Assembly (NCBI GenBank): GCA_000708835.1
Contig: DF237248.1
Coordinates: forward strand, 44,499-108,498
Source: Klebsormidium nitens
Taxonomy: Eukaryota > Plantae > Klebsormidiophyceae
Length of the DNA stretch: 64,000 nucleotides
Direction: 5' to 3'
Below the pieces are notes generated by a model. That model saw only the letters and a list, made by a program, of their open reading frames with translations. It was not told the DNA's origin and did no database searches. This document shows, piece after piece, positions 55,357 through 64,000 of the stretch (position 1 is its first letter; every line of letters starts with the position of its first letter). Made by a program: the position numbers and the translations under genes.

Positions 55357-57001
55357 CATGAGAGCAGGCATTGAGCAAGGCTGTCTTGAAGCCTCTCGTA
55401 AGATTCATCTAGAGTCGTTGAGATCCGTAAGTAGGGACAAGGAGTTGCATTGCTATGTCAAAGTGAGCCGTCAACGCAGCCAGTTGGAGATGATCAGTCG
55501 TCTAGCCTTAGGACCACGCATTAATTATTCGTGCTCGCCATGCAAACATGTTAACCGGTATCGACGTCCCCTAACGCGTTCTTAGAATGTGACCTTAATT
55601 GGCCTAATTCATGCCATGATGCCCAATGCGTATACAAAAGTTTTTGGAATCGGGGCTTTACAAACAACTATTGCCAAGTGCCCTGAACAAGAGCGGCATA
55701 TGCTGCTGCACTCAAACGCGGTGTATATATCATTGCCCGTTTTATCAAATCATCATTATCACGACACCTTTCATGCCACGAAATGCATTCGATGCTGTCG
55801 TAAATGATGACGTGCGATCCATGCAGCGCCCATTCTTTAGGGTCGCAATTCTTCCGAAGTTCATGCCGTTCTCTCTCAGTAAGAATTCCATTGATATTAC
55901 AGAAATCATCTCATGCATATTTCATGCATGATTCGCGATCGATCGTCAGAGTCCAATACGGTGCAACGTGGCTCGATCGCGGGTCCGACGATACGACAAC
56001 AGCGCATTGAATTGGGAAGCCATGTCGTGCATGCATTGAAATGTTAGTTAGTTCAATGTCGACGTAATATACTGTGCACATTGCAGATCATGCACTGTTG
56101 CATGCACTGCCATATGCGCGCTGGCAAGGATTAAATATATAAGCACATGTGCTCGATCGCGATCCTTAACGTATTCAAAGATTTTGTTTGCAATGTATAC
56201 ACGCGTGACCCGGCCAGGAGTAACAACAGCTCATGCAGATGTGATGCATATCACCTAGGCCTGCGCACATAGGTATACGCATGGTTGGTCCGACTGGTGG
56301 TACGTTGCGTCCGCGTCCGGTTGTGTACTTAGGCGGTGCACAAGTTTTCACAACCCAAGGAGGTCGGACTCTGACCTAAGCGAGCTAAGTTGTGGAACGT
56401 AACCATATGAAGCTGACGATTGATAGCTAGAGCTTCGAAAATTGCAGGCAATAGAGGGCCGCTTGTATACATTTGCCACCGCCGGCCGGCCATGTATCTG
56501 GCGCGTCGTTCCGGAGCAGCGCAACTTTGTGCAAACATATCAGTGCTTGGGCGCTTGTCTAGTGCTGTTGATCATGGTACAATTTTGATAAAATTGTCAG
56601 TGACGTTCAGATTCAAGAAATGTCCAGAGCACACAAATCCTGACTCCTTCGCTCCTAGTCAAGAAAAGAACCTTCAGGCTATCAGAGCAGTCTTTGTTTA
56701 CAAGAAATATCAATATGAAGGCCGTAGAGTAGACCAAAACCGTCATGTACTCAACGCTGCCGAGAACAATCTAAAACATTTTGACGACTAGCTTATTATT
56801 TACAAAAAAGTCGGCCATATCAAAATGGCTGGGCCACAAAGCGTCTACTCATAATTGTCTATCAAACACTACTATATATATAATAACAGGTCCTATTAAG
56901 GGCAAGCTCACCAAAAACACACCACTCTTCCCAAAGCACGCTGCAGGCACTAAGTTTGCTGGCGGACACACCTCGCTACTTAGCCTCTTATCTTTCATGA
57001 G

Positions 57002-60000
57002 TTACTTGTTAAGCCCGACGAGGACGTTGGCAATCAGAACGAGGATATTGAAGGAGGATACCCCCACGCGGAGGTAGAAGTAGAACGGGGACGTTTTCAG
57101 AAGGCCGTCCGGCTCGAGTCCGTTGAAGTACGCAACCAGTAGCATGCCGGCGGACATCAGGATGAGACCCAGATTGAGGACGTTGAACGTGGTGCGCTCG
57201 CGCACCTTCTTGTTGTCGGCAATGTCCTGCATCGCGCCGCCCGCTCTTCATGTCAAGAAAAGCCTTCCAGCATGCATGAAGCTGCCTTTATGAATTTTGA
57301 GCGGCTCCCAACGGGGGCTTATTTGGAAATGGTAACAGCTGATGAGCATGCGACACACAAACCGAGCGCATCGGGCCTTTGCAACGAGGGTCAGATTGTG
57401 CATGTGCAGGCTGCGAGCAGAGCATTTTCAAGGCTTTCTCCGTCAAATAAGCAGGTTGAAACGTGAAGGTGATTGTCGTGGTGCTAGCGTGCATGTGAAG
57501 AAAGAGCAATCTTGGCACAAACCCCTTGCACCGCTCATGTAGATAAACACGGACTTGGGCTCAAGGCTTTTAGTGTTTGATTTCGTTCTTATTACGATTG
57601 AGTTTCTTACAACGACTCAAGCGGATTATGAACTCGGGACTCACCTTGATGCTGGCCATGGCAATTGTAGCCGCCAACGATGCGGCCGACACTCCCCGCG
57701 CAAAGATGACGACGGCGTCTCGAGCGGCGCCTTCCAAAAGGTCCGCCGGCAAGATCATCGCGGGAGCCACGTAAACGGTGAGGCCTGCAGAGCACCGGAT
57801 GGTTCAAGTTCGTTCTGTCTTGTTTCTGCTTGTTTCAACGGGGGAAGGAGAGCGCCGGCAGATCTGTTTCCCGCTGAGCCGCATGCGGCGGCTACCTCCA
57901 CGGGCGACTTCGCTCCGTCTCCGCCCACTGTTTTGAAGTGACATTTGAGACGAAGACAAACGCTGAATGCGGCACACTTCTATCAGGAGTACATAAGCGG
58001 TCGACGAAGTGCGAATCCGTTAAAACAGACCTGCGAGAAAAAACTGAACGTGCACGCACGCTTCAATTGTCCAGAGTACGCCAGGATTTGAAAGCTTTAT
58101 TACTATCGCAATTTAAGGGCCCAGTGATTGCCCCGTATATGGACCCTTGAGTAATGCCTTGCGCTTTCGTATCCCGCACAAGTGCAAACCCGAGCGAAAA
58201 CAGCGTCGGCCGTTTCCGCCGTCCGAACAAGAGCCTCAAGAAGATACATGAAGGCGCTGGAGCAGGCACAATCCTAGCCGCCTCCGGAATAGACACAATC
58301 TGGAAGTCCGCTGAGCTAATAATTTTTTCCAAAGGTTCGCATAATACTTGCCGATTTAAGCGGGGCAGGAAACCGTCAGCAGAGAAGTGTTGGATCGGAT
58401 CAGCTTACCTTGAACGAGGAAGATGAGCGTGGTCGCCAGAGAGAAAAAGCTAAGGGTTCCGCGGACCTTGAAGAGTTCGTTGAACCCCCTCTCGAGTCCG
58501 GAAGTAATCTTCTCAAGCGTGAGTCCGCCAAAGAGCGGGGGGAATAGCGAGGCGGCACCCGTCAAGACAAGGGCAGCACTGCCAGGAACGGTGAGATAAC
58601 CGTCAGCTTTAGTGAAAGAATTTTAGTCACTTCGCCTCAACCGAACATGTACACATGCAGTAAACGTCCCCCCGGATTAGGATCGGGAGATCCGGCCCCA
58701 AGAGAAGGCGCAATACTAGTAGCAACGAGCAGCTCAATTTGTCCGCGTCAGTGGAAATGATCGCAATTCGCAGATAAAAGCAGGGAAAACGCCAGAGGAT
58801 GCGAGGAGCTGTGCAGAGCGACTTGGTTTCTGCAGCACAGGTTGATTGGAACCGATGCAGATAACCTACTTGGTTCACCAGCAGCAGATGAAGTAACACG
58901 TCAACCGGGGCGGGCTTAAAAGCAGTGCTGACGATTTTGGCCTGGTTATATGCGTTGAGGGCCGAGAGTCTGGGTGACCTCTCTGTCCCCCAATCATCGA
59001 ACTCCAGTTCTATAGCTTAGCAGGTTCATTGGTTTTTTGGACACACACTACCGACACGAGACCAGCTTATACACGTTGAGGACGCATAGAAGACATAGAA
59101 AAAGTTGGATAGACCTTCGAGCGCCCGGGAGGTGAACCAGAGCACCCGTCAGAAGGAGAGCAAAACCAGCTTCCCTTTAACCGGTCGTGTCCAAACGAAC
59201 TTCTTGTTAAGTATAGTCAGTGAAGGTGTAGGCAAGGTGGATGCGGAAGCTCACATGGCATATGGCTGGGGCACGATCTTGTTGAGGTAGCCAATCAAGA
59301 CTGGGACTCCGTATCCCACGCCGTAAACGAGCAGCGCAAAGTCGAGCTTGGCAGCCATCCCGGCTGTAGTTTTCTGCACGAGCGGCGGACACCATTCGCT
59401 GAGGAGTTGACTTTCGCTCCGTCGCTGAGGGAGAAATGAATTTGCTCGTCACCCAGGATACCTCGTAGGAGGTTCATACTCTGGCTCGTGATTTGCAAAA
59501 CAGACGGGGGTTGAGTGAATTCTCTTGCGGCTTCCTTTCACTGGCTGTTGCGGCTGAGCTGGGAGTAACGTGCTTTTTTGGGATTGAAGGAAGTGCTGGT
59601 TCTTGACATTCCTCAATCTAGATCGAGATCCTAAGAGTTGGGCCGACCGAGCTCCTCTATGGCTGCTTTCGGAAGTCAGATGCTTCTAGCATAATCTGAT
59701 ACTTGAAGGCCTCCAGGTTATGGGTGAAACGCGCCTGTCCAGAACCTGAGAGTCGAGAAGCCGTTCTTTCAACGGGAAAGCTTTCTCAACCTACATACTG
59801 TCTCCCTAATCCGAAGAGTAAAGTATAGAAAGCAGCTTACCTGGAGGGCCGCGTATAACGAGTAAAGCGACAGCGGAATGAGGCTGGTGCCATAGGAGCG
59901 TACGAAGCTGTACTGCGAGCTAGTGAGAGGCATCACGCCGAGGCCTTGTGTGTAGTAGTCCTGAGTGTGTGCAATCTGGGCAAAGGAGAAGGCAGCAAAG

Positions 60001-60037
60001 CCGGCTCCCAGTAGGCCAAACACAAGGGCTCTGAAGG
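57002..60037 (-). CDS. Uncharacterised multipass membrane protein (5' exons not resolved, probably upstream to about 62.9 kb)
   Basis: Exons 59841-60037, 59255-59373, 58409-58578, 57645-57784 and 57002-57226 join in phase with canonical GT/AG ends and encode several hydrophobic helices, ending RTTFNVLNLGL...VLVGLNK-stop. Confidence 0.75.
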
Positions 60038-63000
60038 CTGCGAAACAGATAGGAGTGAGCAGCGGATCAGGTGACATAATAACTACTACCTGGTTCACCG
60101 CTCTCAAAGATTTGTGACCTCTTACAGCTTGTGCAATGCCTACTCAATGAGAATCAAGCCTTTTTTTATAGAGGAAGCACCACGAGTGGTCTCTGATGTC
60201 ACGCAGGGCATACATCCGATCTTTGGCCAACGCATAGCACGATTTGAAGAATCATGTACCAAGGCTGTCTACAATCTCTGTGAAAACGAACAAGAGCCAG
60301 TACCGCCTACTTTGGACACATCTCTATTCTGTACCAGTCATCAGTCCATGACTCAATGTCAGCCCCCCAATCAATATGAGTGCAAGCGAGCGTGCTTCCC
60401 AAACACGCTGCCTCACCTGTTGTCTCTTTGTCTTTTTGACCGTCCTCCAGTTGCGCAGCAACATCTCTGCTCGCACGAACGCTGGCTTTCCTTGGGTGCC
60501 TTGGCACAGCTCTCTTGCTGAAAGCCTCTTTTGAGAGGGGTGCAAATGCCTGGCCCTTGAAGCTTGATGCCTTGAAAAGTTGAGCGGAAGCGGCCAGAGG
60601 GGATGGACAGGGCGAGCAATTGGCTGTAGGGAATTAACGCCAAGGATGATTGATCAACAGCAACCCGGGTAACATTAAGCAGGAGACACATCTAGTGAAC
60701 TCATTCTGGAAGCTGGGGGAAATTCGAACAGGTGGTGGAGGACTCTCATAGAAACCAGTCTATATCTGGATAAAGGGAATTATTCAAACATATGAGCTAG
60801 TTGGCGGTTTGGCTTCAGTTTGGATATTCTGATCCAATCTGAATATTCTGATGACTACCCCATCTGAGTAGTGTCATTCTACTTCTGCAGCCATTGGATA
60901 ATCAGCACTCTACATGTGCACAGGTGTGGGCCTATCGGAGGTGTGCGCCAGACGGTGTAGCAATCATCACCTACATTCAATTCAAGTCCAGATGTTGATA
61001 AACAAAAGGCTTACCTCTTTGCACTAGGAGAGACAAGCATTGTCTTGAGCTAGCTGAAGTGCCTGGCTTTGTGATGCTTCTAATGGAAGCATCCGCCAGG
61101 CTTCTGACTGTGATTGCGGTTGCTGCCATCCTCTACACTGCTGGCCTTCGAAACGGGAACCTAGAGTCACAAAAGTCAGCTCGTATGAGATGTTGTGAAA
61201 TGATTCACACTTATGCCCCCAGGATGAGGCTAGCGTTCATTTGCTGTTTGAATGTTTGAACAAAGTTCTGGTTCTGCAACTGACTGATCTGTACTCTTGG
61301 GGTTGGCAGACACTGACCCTCTACACTGAGGGTAGAGAAAGAAGAGAGACGCCAAGAACCTGAAAACTTTGCCTGCACTATTCAAAACCCCAATGGATCG
61401 AAACATCCAAATGGCTAGGAATTCAAAACTGACAGATCAATGGCAAAAGCGTTTGCATTGTGAAGCAAAGCCATGAAGATGGATCACCAAACGCGTGATC
61501 ACTTATTTGTGTCAATCATCTGCAAGGGTGAAGACTCAGTTAACAAAGATTGGAACCTTGGACAGCTCTTGGCTTGCTTTTATCACATTCTCAGACTCAA
61601 AATCATGCCTTGCGCAAGGAGATGCCCAATGAGATCTGAGGCTTTTCTAGGAGCGCCCCTGGCAAGACTCCTGCTGCGAATTATTGTGGTCAATGAGAAA
61701 ATGTAGTGGGGCAAGATTCCTCACTACATCAGCAGGCAAATGCAGGTCATCACTAAGCAATGGGCCAGAAGTTGATTGAAGACTTGTCACCACCTACCAA
61801 CGGGTGGTTAGTTTTTCAAACAGAAGGGGCCAAAAGCCAGATTTGTGATTCAATGCAAGCTTCAAAAGGAAGATAGAACAACAATCCTTGCCTTCTGAGC
61901 CAAAGCAGTGGGTGTAGGCTAGTAAAATGCCGACTAACTGTCATTGACAGGGGTTCTTGTTTGCAGGGAAGTGATTGGCTTCAGAAGCTCAGCAGATTCC
62001 CAGGCTTGAAAATTGGTTGAGGTTTGGGTTGCCCAACTTGCAAGAAATAGTCAATGTTTCCTATGACTTCAATAGAGTCAGAAAGGTCATTGGCGCAAAA
62101 TGCACTGCATTCTTACCCAATGCAGGCTGTTTTGAATGCTCAGAAAGTTTGTGTATCCCAGCTAGGTATGACATCAGCGTTCGAATGCAAGGTTGAATAA
62201 CTTCACAATGCGCTTGGTACTCTCATATTTCTCAGCTTCTTGATTTTATGCAAGATCACAACGCATGGGGACAGAGAGGATTGCTCAGAGGTTCACCTTT
62301 TGGCCCAGAGATAGCTTGACGCAAGTGCAGTTGGTCACTATTTGGGATTGGCTGGAAGAACTATAATCAAAGCAGAGTGTGAGGCACTTGAGGGGTCAAA
62401 TGCGGAGGCGCAATTGCCAACAAGCCCAAGCTGGACTACAGAGGCTGCCAATGTTGCAGAGCGCTGTTGAAAGGACTCAATGAGTTTGGCTACTGCTTTT
62501 CAGCTGTGGCTAAGCACAGCAGCTTTGCAAAGACTTCTAAAGGGAGATCTGCAACTGGTGCATTGTCTTAGCAAACGCTGAAGACAGTGCCTTACTAATT
62601 AGAAGCTTCTTCAATCCGTCAAACATCCTTGGACGAAACTCACCTTCCAATGCGTTCGTAGCTGCCAGAGGCGCGGCAATGGCAGGCTTTTCCTTGAGCT
62701 CGTCAAACTGACTGCTTCTTCCACTTCTGCCTGTGAGACACAGTTTTGACAAATTTTAAATGCTCGTTGACAATTGACGTTTGACAATTCACGAAGCCAT
62801 TTGACCGCCGCGCCGCCGGTTTCAAAATCCCGGCTGGCCAATCATTGAACAGGAGAATCGGCCAGTTGGCATGGGCAAAATAATCCGGGTACTTGCTTCA
62901 CCGATGCAAATGAAACCTGGGCGCCCGGAAAAGTCCAAATAGCATGTGCTAGTGGATTTGCCCCGGGGACCCAAGAACGCAAAGAACATAAAGTACCCCG

Positions 63001-63065
63001 ACTTCCGTTGAGTAACTGAAAGCGTGTCGCTGGGGGCATGATTGAATCAATCACTGGTCATACAG

Positions 63066-63789
63066 CGATCACACATGAAAGCGAACTTTTCCGGCCGGTG
63101 ACAGATTTCGACGGCTGTTTGGCCGGCTGCAGTCGGGTCGATCACACATAGCGACCGTCAACTTCTGGTCGGTACAGCCGTCGAGCTGTTTTGGCGATGG
63201 TCAAATCTGGGACGTCCGATGACCGCTAAACAAGGAAAGTCTTCCAGGAACCGAGCAACTTTGCTTGATATAACCTGCCAGAGTGCGTGAAGACTCCGTG
63301 CTTATGGTATGCCCAATGGTAAATCTTTCTCTCCGAATACGTGTCACAGCTTATTACCACCTAACAGGTTTGTATCCCCGGGAGATTGAATCCAAGACCC
63401 ATAACTCTGACAGGTCTATGATGCCCATGTTCCCCATGATCATGTCAATTTAACCCTACTCATCCTATCTGAACACCGGTCATTTTTTTATATCCGTCCC
63501 ATATCCGTATACTCTGTGTTTTGTGATTATAAACACCTATATGAGATTCACATATGCTTTTCAGCCTGATGATGATGTCCGTAAAACACAACCCGCGACG
63601 GCAAGGTTTTGCCCCGGGGGAACATGTTTGCCACGGAGGCTTCCTCGACATTTGACGGCAGTACCGACCGTCGCCGCAGTGGCCGACCGACAAAAGTATG
63701 GCAGAAATTTTCTGGCCGCCGTCGACGGCCAGAATGGCCAGAAGGCGAAAATCGCCGGCCGGAAGTTGGTTTTCCGGCATGTGTGATCG
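63066..63789. mobile_element. Putative non-autonomous foldback/MITE-like element with imperfect inverted arms of about 120 bp
   Basis: cgatcacacatg (63066-63077) is the exact reverse complement of 63778-63789. ggtcggtacagccgtc (63167-63182) pairs 15/16 with 63654-63669, and aactt..ccggccgg is shared. The core is more AT-rich. No transposase or target-site duplication was identified. Confidence 0.45.
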
Positions 63790-64000
63790 TTGTATGATGA
63801 CACACATGCCGGCAGCCGGACAAGTTCCGGATTGTCCAAGTTCCAGCCACTTCCAGCCGTCGGCGTCGGCCGGGAAATCCTTTCCCAACTTTCCGGGCGG
63901 CCGACCGCCCGGGGACGGCCGGTGAGCAAATCAGTAGGCTCTAGAGTCTAGAGTCTACGTAGTTCAGTCGAAATTCTCGGCCGGCCGGTCCCCACACTGA

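Noticed and set aside
56420-56791. 123-aa plus-strand ORF between convergent genes
   Set aside because: Non-ATG start, lies in a 3' spacer, no motif.
58960-59090. tRNA/SINE-like A- and B-box resemblance on the minus strand
   Set aside because: No cloverleaf stems could be formed.
63360-63445. B-box-like GGATTCAATCTCCC on the minus strand suggesting a tRNA
   Set aside because: Acceptor, D and anticodon stems do not pair; at most a decayed tRNA-derived fragment.
63460-63929. Overlapping ORFs in several frames
   Set aside because: Explained by GC-rich palindromic DNA lacking stop codons; no domain.

Overview
Eukaryotic, intron-rich nuclear DNA; no prokaryotic operon, rRNA, convincing tRNA or CRISPR array was seen. 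Gene content and intron style suggest a streptophyte green alga such as Klebsormidium (inference, not proven). Nine spliced genes were rebuilt by hand from GT/AG boundaries with reading-phase checks: NAD-malic enzyme (-, both ends incomplete), CE4/NodB polysaccharide deacetylase (+), bacterial-type alpha/beta hydrolase (-), glycerophosphocholine acyltransferase GPC1 (+), peptidase E/S51 (-), an unknown membrane protein with a 3.7-kb low-complexity last exon carrying 13 F-x-L-D-A-S repeats (+), a CYP711-clan P450 (-), a GT61 glycosyltransferase (+) and an unknown multipass membrane protein (-, 5' end not found). There is also one weak gene candidate near 19.3-21 kb. The most striking unexplained structure: introns of four unrelated genes contain degenerate tandem copies of their own splice junction (acceptor plus exon start, or exon end plus donor). 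These include a 22-bp minisatellite built from a donor site and arrays of branch-point-like motifs. Other points of interest are PepE and GT61 proteins with altered catalytic motifs, a 30-nt micro-exon carrying the P450 heme cysteine, a GC-AG intron, a foldback/MITE-like element near 63.1-63.8 kb and CATG/TGCA-rich spacers between convergent genes. Most short ORFs in the supplied track are exon fragments or noise.
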